From NCBI GenBank assembly GCA_021432655.1, contig MU271228.1, positions 62,001 to 126,000 of the forward strand: a DNA stretch of 64,000 bases, in the 5' to 3' direction. Under the pieces are notes generated by a model. That model searched no databases and was not told the DNA's origin. It saw only the letters and a program-made list of their open reading frames with translations. This document shows, piece after piece, positions 34,169 through 46,232 of the stretch (positions within the stretch are counted from its first letter, which is position 1; the number at the start of each line of letters is the position of its first letter). The translations under genes were made by a program, and so were the position numbers. The stretch is from Atractiella rhizophila (lineage: Eukaryota).

Positions 34169-37100
34169 TCACAGATGGGGCACAAATTCTTTCCCGTCCA
34201 GAACGGGTTTGCTAGCCGGTGCCAGCTCCAATGTCTTCTTGAACTCCTTCAAATCCTCCACCTTTTCGAGCTCTGGAAGAGCCGAATATTTATCCTTCAA
34301 CCCTGCTATCAGCTTCTCGATCTCTTCCCTCCTTTGTCCATCCTTTTCCAAAAGGAACGAACGCATCTCTTCCATCGTTGGCCGTCCATTCATAAACGTC
34401 TCGAACTCGCTCTCCATTCCTTGGAGGGAAAGTGTCTTCTTCACGTGGTCCAATTCGGACGGCGGGAAAGCCTGGGATTGGATATGGAAAGAAATTTTGG
34501 CTCGAGTTTTGGAGGAATGGTGGACGTAGGTCATGAAGGCATCAATGATATCCTTCTTCGTCAGAGTGCGCAAGTGTTCCGCTTCCTTTTGGCCTAAGTT
34601 CCACATTCGTTAGTAAGGGAACAAAGAAGGAGGGGTAAGAGAAAAGGAGACTAACGAAGAGGGAAGTCGTAGTAACCACTCTGAATCTGTTGCCAAAACC
34701 TCGCGGTCTCTTGATACATATTCTTGTCTTCTTCAAGCAGTCGATTTACTACGCTCATCTTCTGATTTTCAAACTCCCCCTCTTCCATCTTTTCCAAGAA
34801 ATTCTTCATATAATCTAAGAAAGCGTCAACTCTCTCTTCGAGATACTGTGTCGGCTTCTCGCTCTGGACTAGGATCGTCAAGCCTACAAAGCCGATTGCT
34901 CGTACCCGCCCAACTCCTACTGAATATCCAAGTTGTTCTTCTGTTCTGAGCACTTGGAAGACAGGCTCAGACATGATCTGGTCGAGGAGCATGATTCGAC
35001 AGTTGATACCAATGTCCTTGATGTCACCTGCATACATAAAGTAATCCAGGCAGCTGTTGCTTTCGCGAGGATTATTTGCTGGTTCGCGGTAAATTAGGCT
35101 CTTCCCTAAAGCCATAGATTCCAGTTAGCCTGATGGTGTAGACACAATGTGAAGGCATACCGCTTGGAAGCTGAAGTGCACGTGGATGAATAAGCTCTTC
35201 CTCTGTTAACGGTGCACACCGTAATGCGTCTTCCACTATCGAATTGATGGCCACAGCTTCGTCCCTCAGCACATTGCCATGTACTATTGACTCGACATGC
35301 ATGCGTTCGAGAAGATGAGGGATAAAGGTTTGGACCTGATCGGGAGTGAGGTCTAGCATCACCAATGAGTGAACAAGAAGTAAAACCAATGAGGAGGCGA
35401 ACCTCGCAGTGCATCAAGGCTCTCGTCAGGCTTGTATGCCACGGCTTCAAGAATGTATCCACGGCAATGAGACTTAGCCTGCGTTCGGGGCTCCTCCAAT
35501 TTGACGTTTTCGAACCAACGAACATACTGCCCAACAGAAGTATTAGCGCATCTATGAGGAACCCTGACTATTAATTACCTGATCCTTGATAAGTTCAAAC
35601 CGGGTTGCATCGACTGTAAAATTAGTGAACGTATCAAAGATACGCTTGATGAGCACTGGTAGTTTGTCGTGATATCCTTCAACCGAAAACAGGATAGCAT
35701 CTCCCATGCCTCCCGCAGAGATACTGTAGGTGAGACCAGCGAGAGTAGCATCGTAAGAATATTCGGTGAGAGAATCCTTGACGAGCTCAGTGAACAACAT
35801 GGTGCGAACAAAATTGTCGGCTGCAGAATTGACCGATGGACTGAGGATTTCGTTCCTCAGTGCATCGCAACTCAGTGCGAGAGAAGAACGCACGATCGCA
35901 GAAGGAAGAAACAGTTAACTTTGGGTATCCACCATCGATCATCCTTCTTGAACCATAGCCGACTCGTTGGAGTTTGGCGTATGCATATGGGTTTTCGGGT
36001 GAACTGCGGCATTGATCAATGACATCTGTTTGGAAAAATCCGATATTTACCTCTTTCACCGGTATCTTATCCTTTACATTGAGATCTGATGGTATAAACT
36101 CATTCGGTGCCGGGAGACTAAGGTCTTCAGCAGCACTAGTGACCTGAAACAAGCGCACAGAATGAGCAAATGAATCATCAAGGTGAAGATCTCTTACCTT
36201 TCCTAGATCAAGCTTACGAATTGCGTACTCTGTCCCATACCACGTCTCCTTTTGGTCAAACGCGACGCCATCGACAGGCTCCTTCGCACCGACCGTCACA
36301 CGACAGTTCTCGGGCGTGAGGTGGGTAAGCGCCTCGTTGATCACATTCGGTTCATAATTCCGTAGGAGGGAAGATCCGCTTAGAACCCATTCCGGAGGGT
36401 AAGGCTGGAGCATTTCTTCCGCCATTCCCGTAACGTAGCTCATCGGTGCAGACTTCTCCATGTACTTGAACCCCATCTCGGAGAGCATTTCGTACTCTTT
36501 GAAAGCCCATTCGGGAGGCGTGCTCTTCCTGAGCAGATTGATATAGTCAAAGATGGCTTTGGTAACTTCTAAGTAGTTTTCTGTGCTCGATGGATCAACC
36601 GAAGTTATTTGGGGAAGCAAAAAGATCCTGACCTAACCCTTCCTTTGTAAGATCTACTTGAACTTTGAAGAATTCGAAACCGATCGACTTCTGTCCTGGA
36701 CCGGCAGATAAAGCATTCGCCCAACCTTTGTTCTTGAGATAGGAAAGCAAGGAGCCTTTGCCTTCGTGTCCAATGAAATGTCCAATAAATTGGGCTGGCT
36801 ATCCCGACGCATAAGTCACGGAAATTTGTCACACAATGAGGGATACGCACCTTTTCTCTGAATAGATGGGTTTGATCCTGAAAAGGGAATGTGATGTCTA
36901 GCATCCGAATGTCTCGAACCGTCTTGACGTAGATGAGTGTTCCTAACTGATCTTTCGTATACGGTCGACTATCATAGATGGTCTCTGCATAATTCTTATT
37001 CGGAACGTCCCAAAAATCTCGAACCACCAATTTAGTAAGCTCATCAAGAGACTCTGATTTGCGGACTCAGTCAGCAAAATACTTTTCGGCATCAGATTGA

Positions 37101-38699
37101 CGTACCTTTTCCTAGAACAACCAGTTTCATGAGATTGGCAGAATAATGTTCCTTCCACCACTCCAACAACCTTTCACGAACATCGATCCCCTTCTCCTTC
37201 GGCGTATCCCTCAGTGTCTTCAAGTTACCAGTTCCAAACTTCCAAAAGGGATGATTAGGATCAGCGGTGTGCTTGTCGAGTTGATACATCCTCCAACCGT
37301 CGTTTTGGACATTTTTCGCGTGTTCCGATTCGATGGCGTTCAGTTCGCGATCGCAGCAAGATTCGAGGAAGAGCGGCGCAGAAAAGAATTGCGAGAATCG
37401 TGAGAGTGCGCCGGAGAGAGCGGGCGGGTGCACGTCGAAGAAGTAGTTGGTGCTGTCGCCAGCCGTGTAGGCATTTGAGACGCCGGAATTCGCAGACAGA
37501 AACTAAATGGAAAGGTCATGTTAGTTTATCTGAAGAGCGCCACTTGAGACACCGCTAAATTAAATATTTGATATATAATTCGTGAATAAATGAGAGAATC
37601 GCGGATGGCACAGGCAAGAAGATAATCGCCGGTCAGGGCTATGAAAATCAGGCACATTGCAATTGGATTAACAACGTATTCTAAGCCAAGTTTCCTGAAA
37701 TATTCTGCGCTGAACCGAGTGAAAGCACAAGAAAGTTATAATCGTCTTGATTTTTGCAATATGAATATAAAGCATCTTTTGGTGCTCGCGTAATCATCAA
37801 CCCCACAACATCTTAAAGGGAAAAAAATTATTTCTTCCCATTCATCGCAAAATAGTGGGTTGATTGACACCGTCTATTGTGTGTTACTCCAATAAAATTT
37901 TCTCAACATCACAAAATCCTGACATAATTCGCCAGTAGGGTAGTTCAAACAGAAAAATCCTGAATGCGCCATTTTCTCATTGCGCCTGGCGGTTTCTGAG
38001 ATGTGCAGAGATGATTGACGACGTCTGATTTCTTTTGTAGAACGAATCAACTCGTTCAGACTTCGCTGATGCCAGTCCAACGCACAAGCAGGATCCAGAG
38101 GCATACGACACACTTCTCTGACAAAACGACCTCCTTCAAATCGAGAAAAGTGCAAAACACACCTCAGTGTACTCGTTCTCCTTACTCCATCCCTTACTAC
38201 CCATAAAGCTCAAATGTTCGACATAATGCGCCAACCCCATCAGCTCCAACGGATCCTCCAAATTTCCCACCCTTACAGTAACAGCAGCTGCGCTCTTATC
38301 CGTCTCTTTATCACTGATCAGCAGAGCCTGCAGGCCATTCTCGAGCGTGATCAGGCGGTAGGAACGGTCGTCGTTTGCGCTCCTTTCGATGTGTTGGGTG
38401 AACACGGCTACGTTCTGAGGAGGAGGGATCGGGAGCGGAGGGAGGTTAGCGGGTCTGGGACAGGGCGGAGCCGGGTCGAACGTCTGATGGTTCCATGTTG
38501 GCGGTAGACGAGAGAATGGAGTGCCAGGGAGGACGATGGGAGAAGGAGTGGCGGCGGTGGCGAGTTTGCGCGTCTGGGTCGCCATGTGGATGCTCGCGAG
38601 TGGGAGCGTTGGGAGTGGGCGCAGGGAAGGGGCTGGACGTAGGTGTCTGATGCGCAAGGAAGGAGCAAGGTGGTGGAGCAGCCGGGAGCGCATCAGCAT
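34169..38699 (-). CDS. STE23: Insulysin / Ste23-like M16A metallopeptidase
   Basis: DDRSYRLITLENGLQALLISD, inverted zinc motif GLAHYVEHLSFMGS, NAYTA, KFGTGNLKTL, YSANLMKLVVLG, YSYDATLAGL and FQVLRTEEQLGY; first intron is 660 nt. Confidence 0.94.
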
Positions 38700-38931
38700 T
38701 GGGCAGAGGAAACAAAGAAAGAATGCCTTTCCTTTGTTCGGGATCCGGATTTACAGTTCGACGGCCGGGAGGGCGGATTTCAAGGAGCCGAATAATGTTG
38801 GCCGGTCGGAAGCTTTAGTTGGCTTTCTAGTTGCAGTGTCTTCGATCTCTTCTGCGTCAAGCGTCAACCACTCAAACCACTCAAACAGAGGATACTCTGC
38901 CTGCGAAGGGCGTATCCTCAAATAACGAGAG

Positions 38932-41042
38932 ATGTCTGATTTGACTCTCGACAATCTCCACGAAACAGACTTCGCCTTCTCCCTCGACAACCTCGAGTCC
39001 CTCAACTCCGGTCTGCTCTCCCTCGTACAATACCATCCTCAAGCCACTCCATCTCAAATCGAAAAGGCCGAACTCATCTTCCATCGGCGATGGAAGAAGT
39101 CTAGGCTTTCAGGTGGTGGCAAACCTGCTGCAGTCTCTGTTTCAGGTGCGAGTGCGGCTATACCCAACCTCAATAGTTCTGCAGGGAGTGGTGGTGGTGG
39201 TGGAAGTGGGAGCGGAAACGGAAACGTCAATGGAGGTCAAGATGTGAAAGTGAAGAAGGAGTGCTCAGATGTTCTGCCCACCCCAAGCACAACCACAGGT
39301 GGGGATGGTGGAGTCCCTCCAGTCGATTCTCTTCCAAGCTCCTCAAGAACGCACCATTACGTCCCTTCTCCACCCCCTGAACTAATTGCGCCTCCCGCTC
39401 CCGCTCCCGCTCAACCACCAGCGCCGGCACAGACCTCCGAACCCGCCGGCGCACGCTCCTCCATCGCTCCCCCACCTCGACGGCGCTCTACTTCCCGTTC
39501 TCGTTCGCGTTCGCGATCAAGATCACGATCGAGGAGTCCTCGTCGTTCGTACTCGTACTCGCCAGCATACAGCCGTCGCTATTCTGGCGGAGGGAGACAT
39601 CGCTCCATCTCCCCGCGACCTTACAGGCGCACACCGCCGAGGGGTAGTCCGAGAGGCAGGAGCAGGAGTAGGAGTAGGAGTCCGGTTCGGAGGAGAAGTA
39701 GGAGCCCTGTGCGTGGGAGAGAACGGGAGAGGAGCTATGATAGACGGGATCGAAGCCCTTATCGAAGAAATAGGTCGAGGAGTCCGTACGGTAGGAGGGA
39801 GAGGAGCAGAAGTCGTTACGGAAGGAGGGATAGTAGGAGTCCTTACCGAGGAGATAACATGAGAGAGCGAGAAAGGAGGGTGTTGGAGCATGACAGGCGC
39901 TTCAGTCGAAGCATCATCGAGGAAAGGAGGCCGATTCCTCAGCAACAGCCTCAACAGCTACCACCCATCCGTCTACCGGCCAGGAGGGATTCCGACACGA
40001 GGCCGATTCCCCTTCCCCCACTTCAGAAACAAAAGGAATCAGATAGGATGAACGTCGATCCTCCTGCTGCCACCACTTCCACGACGACTTCTCAGAAACC
40101 ACCAGGTGGGCCGCTCGCGCAGCGTATTACTCAAGTTCCTCCTGCATCTATGTCTGTAAATACAAAAAATGGATCTGCCGTCACCCAACCTCAAGCGGAA
40201 GCGAAGAGCGTGGATCCTGCTCCTCCTGTTCAAGCTCAATCGCAATCGCAACCGCAACCAAAGCAGACAGTCACCGTCCCAAATCCCCCTCCCCCTCCAG
40301 TGACGCCAGTTCGGCTTCAGCCGATTCAACCCACTGCTGTGGCGTCACAGACGCAGTTGTCTGAAATCAAGGCGCAATCAGCTACGACAGCTCCGGTCCC
40401 TCCAGCTTCCACTTCTGCTTCAGCACCGACGACGAAGAAGGTGCTGACGCCGGAGGAGATGTTGGATGCCAAGCTCGATAACACTGCAGAAGAGAGGTTA
40501 AAGGGCATACTTGCTCTGAGGAGAGGGTCGAAGCCCGCTCCTCCGGCTGGAAACGTCACTGGGGCCGGGGAGATGGTCGACGCTACGAAGGAGAAGGCGG
40601 TGGAGAAAATTACGGAGGCTGCGGCTGTTGTTCCCCTTGTTACGTCTTCATCTTCGAAAGCACTTCCAAATGGCGCACCGATGAGTGTGACCGGCAGCAG
40701 CGGAGAGCAGAAAAACGAGAAGCATGAGGTGGAGGCGAGATATGATGGTCAGTCGAATGGTATTGCTGATGCAACCAGCGCGTCCATCACGTCCCTTCCA
40801 TCTATCTCGATGGAGCGTACGGCTTCGACCTCCTCCGTATCCCCTGCAGACGCTGTTCCTCCGGAGATCGCCAGGTCGCTTTCTCTCCTCTACATTTCCC
40901 AACTTCCCAGCCTCATCTCTCTCAAGCAACTCTGGCGATTCCTTACTCGACCTATCCCTGCCATGCCCAACTATCCCGTTCCCGTCGCCATCACTTATAC
41001 GCCTCACAATGGCCAAACTCCTTCTGCGACTGGTTCAACCCA
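38932..41042 (+). CDS. RS-dipeptide-rich protein with a putative degenerate RRM, copy 1 (3' end falls in the assembly gap)
   Basis: Long open frame with RSRSRSRS/RRDRSPY repeats, a P/Q/T-rich linker and an RNP2-like LLYISQLP. It runs into Ns at 41043 and is divergent from STE23 (about 230 bp). Confidence 0.8.
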
Positions 41043-41948
41043 NNNNNNNNNNNNNNNNNNNNNNNNNNNNNNNNNNNNNNNNNNNNNNNNNNNNNNNNNN
41101 NNNNNNNNNNNNNNNNNNNNNNNNNNNNNNNNNNNNNNNNNNNNNNNNNNNNNNNNNNNNNNNNNNNNNNNNNNNNNNNNNNNNNNNNNNNNNNNNNNNN
41201 NNNNNNNNNNNNNNNNNNNNNNNNNNNNNNNNNNNNNNNNNNNNNNNNNNNNNNNNNNNNNNNNNNNNNNNNNNNNNNNNNNNNNNNNNNNNNNNNNNNN
41301 NNNNNNNNNNNNNNNNNNNNNNNNNNNNNNNNNNNNNNNNNNNNNNNNNNNNNNNNNNNNNNNNNNNNNNNNNNNNNNNNNNNNNNNNNNNNNNNNNNNN
41401 NNNNNNNNNNNNNNNNNNNNNNNNNNNNNNNNNNNNNNNNNNNNNNNNNNNNNNNNNNNNNNNNNNNNNNNNNNNNNNNNNNNNNNNNNNNNNNNNNNNN
41501 NNNNNNNNNNNNNNNNNNNNNNNNNNNNNNNNNNNNNNNNNNNNNNNNNNNNNNNNNNNNNNNNNNNNNNNNNNNNNNNNNNNNNNNNNNNNNNNNNNNN
41601 NNNNNNNNNNNNNNNNNNNNNNNNNNNNNNNNNNNNNNNNNNNNNNNNNNNNNNNNNNNNNNNNNNNNNNNNNNNNNNNNNNNNNNNNNNNNNNNNNNNN
41701 NNNNNNNNNNNNNNNNNNNNNNNNNNNNNNNNNNNNNNNNNNNNNNNNNNNNNNNNNNNNNNNNNNNNNNNNNNNNNNNNNNNNNNNNNNNNNNNNNNNN
41801 NNNNNNNNNNNNNNNNNNNNNNNNNNNNNNNNNNNNNNNNNNNNNNNNNNNNNNNNNNNNNNNNNNNNNNNNNNNNNNNNNNNNNNNNNNNNNNNNNNNN
41901 NNNNNNNNNNNNNNNNNNNNNNNNNNNNNNNNNNNNNNNNNNNNNNNN
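41043..41948. other. Assembly gap (906 N)
   Basis: Run of N bases. Confidence 1.
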
Positions 41949-43221
41949 ACTTGCTCTTGCTCTTGCCCTTCATCTCGCGGCAGCTCCACCCCCTCGCTAC
42001 CTCCTCGCACGCGGCCGCCCAAGCCTCCAGACACGGCCGCGGTCACCAACTCTGCCACGACGACGTCGACCTCGACCTCGTCCTCGCCCTCGCCCTCGCC
42101 CTCCGCGTTAATCAAGTCCCCCACCTCTTCCCTGCATTACCACGCGAGAACTCCTCGAACCTTCTCTTAGCTGACCTCCCTGAGGTGGTAGGGGTGGACA
42201 CCAACACGAGCCCCACCCGTCTTGTAGACTCGTGAGGAAGAAGTGAAAGTGTAGAACTGGAGGTAACTGCAAAGGCAAAGGTGAGGGTGAAGGTGGTGGT
42301 GGTGGTGATGGACGTCTTGATAACTGCAACCCATTTCGTCGTGAGCGTGGACTTTGTCTCTGACGTCGTCCAAACGGTGGTGGACTTTCGGATCTGAAGA
42401 AGGTGGCGGCTACCTTCTACTCAAGCCGGAAAAGCTAAACTCTACCTCACCGAACTCCTACCATAACATGCTCCCTCTCGTCTGGTCTCAACTCCCTGAG
42501 CTCCAACAGCTCCCTCTTCCGCTTCAGACAAAGCACCTCTAACAGCTCTCAGTTTAGTGGGCTGTAGAGAGCACCAAACTCCTATGCGGGAAGTGTCCGT
42601 CTGATAGGAGACAAACTCACCAAACTCACCAACTCGCGAACTGCGTTTTCTCTAGCTTCTGTGACGTTGATCTTTCGGTTGATTTCGAAGGCTGGCCGGT
42701 TGTAATAAGCCGAGGAACTTTAGGCGGGAGGGCCGGCAGCTTGACATTTAGGCCTAGGGCTTGTTTCCTTTCCGTAAGAAAGAAACAAAGGAGACGGGTT
42801 ACGACTACGCGAGGGCCGACGAGGTGGTGGAACGAGGAAGGAACGCGTAGTCTGTGGATGCAGGTCGGGGAAGGGACGCGGGTGAGGGTTGCGAGGGTGA
42901 GCGCTCGTAGGTGTACCGCTGGGTCTGCGCGTTTGAGCGGTGGCGGCGGTGAGGAAGAGGGTAGCAGGAGGGACCGTGAGGTAAGAGAGCAGATGGCGGT
43001 TGTACCTTGGTAGTCTGCAAGCTGGGCCGAGGCGGGACAGGGTCTGGGCGATTGGAGGGAGGCGAGGGCTAGGGGAGGAGGAGTCTTGCATCGGCACAAA
43101 GTGGGTTGTGTAGCTTTCCTCGCGTTTGCTGCTGGCAAGGATGGCGGACTAGTGCGAGCTCTTACCGGACGTCCGAGACGACTAGTCACTATTTTCTCTG
43201 CCTATTCTCGCGTCGACGACA

Positions 43222-45763
43222 ATGACATTCCCACCCTTTAAACCTCCTAGGCAACCTCGACTACCCCAACCGCGTAATACAGCTTGTAAACTCGAAATAC
43301 CCATCATTCCCTACCTCATTCCTCTTGCTCATGTGACTCCACACAAACGTGAAAAGAGCTAAACTTCCTCCAGCAAAACAGTCTCTTCGATCAAGATCAC
43401 GATCGAGGAGTCCTCGTCGTTCGTACTCGTACTCGCCAGCATACAGCCGTCGCTATTCTGGCGGAGGGAGACATCGCTCCATCTCCCCGCGACCTTACAG
43501 GCGCACACCGCCGAGGGGCAGTCCGAGAGGCAGGAGTAGGAGTAGGAGTAGGAGTCCGGTTCGGAGGAGAAGTAGGAGTCCTGTGCGTGGAAGAGAACGG
43601 GAGAGGAGCTATGATAGACGGGATCGAAGCCCTTATCGAAAAAATAGGTCGAGGAGTCCGTATGGGAGGAGGGAGAGGAGTCGAAGTCGTTACGGAAGGA
43701 GGGATAGTAGAAGTCCCTACCGAGGAGATAATATGAGAGAGCGAGAAAGGAGGGTGTTGGAGCATGACAGGCGCTTCAGTCGAAGCATCATCGAGGAATG
43801 GAGGCCGATTCCTCAGCAACAGCCTCAACAGCTACCACCTATCCGTCTACCGGCCAGGAGGGATTCCGATACGAGGCCGATTCCCCTTCCACCACTTCAG
43901 AAGCAAAAAGAATCGGACAGGATGAACGTCGATCCTCCTGCTCCCACCACTTCCACGACGACGTCGCAGAAACCACCAGGTGGGCCGCTCGCGCAGCGTA
44001 TCACTCAAGTTCCTCCTGCATCTATGTCTGTAAATACAAAAAATGGATCTGCCGTCACCCAACCTCCAGCGGAAGCGAAGAGCATGCATCCTGTTCCTCC
44101 AGCGCAGGCTCCGACGCAATCGCAATCGCAACCGCAACCGAAGCAGACGGTCACCGTCCCGACTCCCCCTCCCCCTCCAGTGACGCCAGCTCAACCTCAG
44201 CCGAACCAACCCACTGCTGCAGCGTCACAGACGCAGTTGTCCGAAATCAAGGCGCAATCAGCTACGACAGCTCCGGTCCCTTCAGCTTCCAGTTCTGCTT
44301 CAGCTTCAGCACCGACAACGAAGAAGGTGCTGACGCCGGAGGAGATGTTGGATGCCAAGCTCGATAACACTGCAGAAGAGAGGTTAAAGGGCATACTTGC
44401 TCTGAGGAGAGGGCCGAAGCCCGCTCCTCCTCCGGCTGGAAACGTCATTGGCGGCCTGGAGATGGCGGTTGATGCTACGAAGGAGAAGGGGATGGAGAAA
44501 ATTACGGAGGTTGCGGCTGTTGTTCCCCTTGTTACGTCTTCATCTTCGAAAGCACTTGCAAATGGCGCACCGATGAAGGTGAATGGCAGCAGTGGACAGC
44601 AGAAGAGCGAGAAGCAGGCGGTGGAGTTGATACATGATGGTCAGTCGAATGGTATTGCTGATGCAACCAGCGCGTCCATCACGTCCTTTCCATCTATCTC
44701 GATGGAGCGTACGGCTTCGACCTCCTCCGTATCTCCTGCAGACGCTGTTCCTCCGGAGATCGCCAGGTCGCTTTCTCTGCTCTACATTTCCCAACTTCCC
44801 AGCCTCATCTCTCTCAAGCAACTCTGGCGATTCCTTACTCGACCTATCCCTGCCATGCCGAACTATCCCGTTCCCGTCGCCATCACTTATACGCCTCACA
44901 ATGGCCAAACTCCTTCTGCGACTGGTTCAACCCACTGTATAGTCTGGTACGAGTCGAGGACACAGGCTATCCTCGCCAAGCAGTTACATGGCGGGAAACC
45001 ACTAAAACAGAACAAAATAACAAGCAGGACGTTCACAGAGGTGTTGCCAGATGTTGGGGAGAGGATGTTGACGTGGAAGGAATGTAGGAAAGGATGGAAG
45101 GAGAAGGGAACTGGGCCAGACGCGAACGCCATCAAAGCTCAGCAGAAAGCGCAACAGACAGCGACGACAGCACCAAAAACTTCCACTCCTTCAACTACCA
45201 CGGCTCCGACCAGCTCGACAGCTGCGCCGCCAACTGCACCCGCGCTGATGATCACGAGGTCTCAAGCTCACGCGAACAAGCAGCCTGATGTTTTGGCGAG
45301 CAAGAATTCACAACCGTTAAGTGGAGCGACGCCTCTGGGTTTGGGGGCTCGAAGGATGGTCCAGGCAGTAACGAGTCTTCCCCCTTCAGCGACTCCTTCG
45401 ATTCACACCCAATCTACCGTCCACAATCGCCCGAAACCACAACCCGTCCACACCCAACTCGCCAAGTCTCATAAAGAAGCGTCTAAATTGCCAACCTCTC
45501 CAACCTCCACCTCTCTCATCGATCGCGTTGAACCGCCGATCGCTGCTCCAAGCTCTCAACCTCAGGTCTCAAAACAACCTCTGATTAGTCGGATCCAGGT
45601 GACAGGACAGGATCTGCTGGGGAGGATAGGCACGAAGAGAAAAGTTCAGGGTGATGAAGGTTTTGCAGGCGGGAATGGACAATGGAGCGCTGGAGCGAAT
45701 GGAGGTGGAAACGACTTGTTGTCGAGAATCAATCCCCCTGCCAAAAAAATAAGACATAACTAA
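43222..45763 (+). CDS. RS-rich / RRM-like protein, copy 2; lacks the N-terminal region of copy 1, start uncertain (may be a pseudogene)
   Basis: 43388-44934 aligns with 39514-41042 with substitutions and in-frame indels, and the frame stays open to TAA at 45763. A possible first exon starts at ATG 43222 with intron 43274-43373 in frame. Confidence 0.6.
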
Positions 45764-46232
45764 GGTGCGCTCCCGCTCGCCTTTCCACCGCAATTGATTT
45801 GGTTTGATTGTGCACAGGTCTTCCGAGACATTACTTCATTTGTTATCCCACTTCGATTTGAAGTTCGACTTAGAATCTTGATTCTTTCTGAATATGTAGC
45901 TTCCATCGTTTATTCAGTTGCCTTACGACCCTGTACCATGCTTGACTATGTTTTACCTTGAACGCTCCAGCGATCTGCTTATTGCAACCCTGTTTGCTTA
46001 GCAGATGCGCGTTCAGTTGTCGGTTTCACAAAACAATTTGCAATTGAATTACCTTCAAATTATGAACACTTATGACAGCGAGCAAAGGAACGATCAGATG
46101 GTAGAAAGACGAACGAATGTCGATGACAACATCAAAAGTGAACGCAGAAAAGTCCTTAAACATTGTCCACAATCTGGTAATCATTAGAAAAAAATCAGAC
46201 ATCCGAGACCTTCCTATACAAGTATCCTTGAA

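Noticed and set aside
37630..37800. C/D box snoRNA call in the STE23 intron
   Set aside because: TGATGA and CTGA exist but are widely spaced, and I could not see a convincing rRNA guide of 10 nt or more. It is left only as a structured-RNA lead.
40724..42235. Long ORFs spanning the N-run (1059, 503, 377 and 312 aa)
   Set aside because: Artefacts of translating Ns; the sequence after the gap is not the continuation of the gene.
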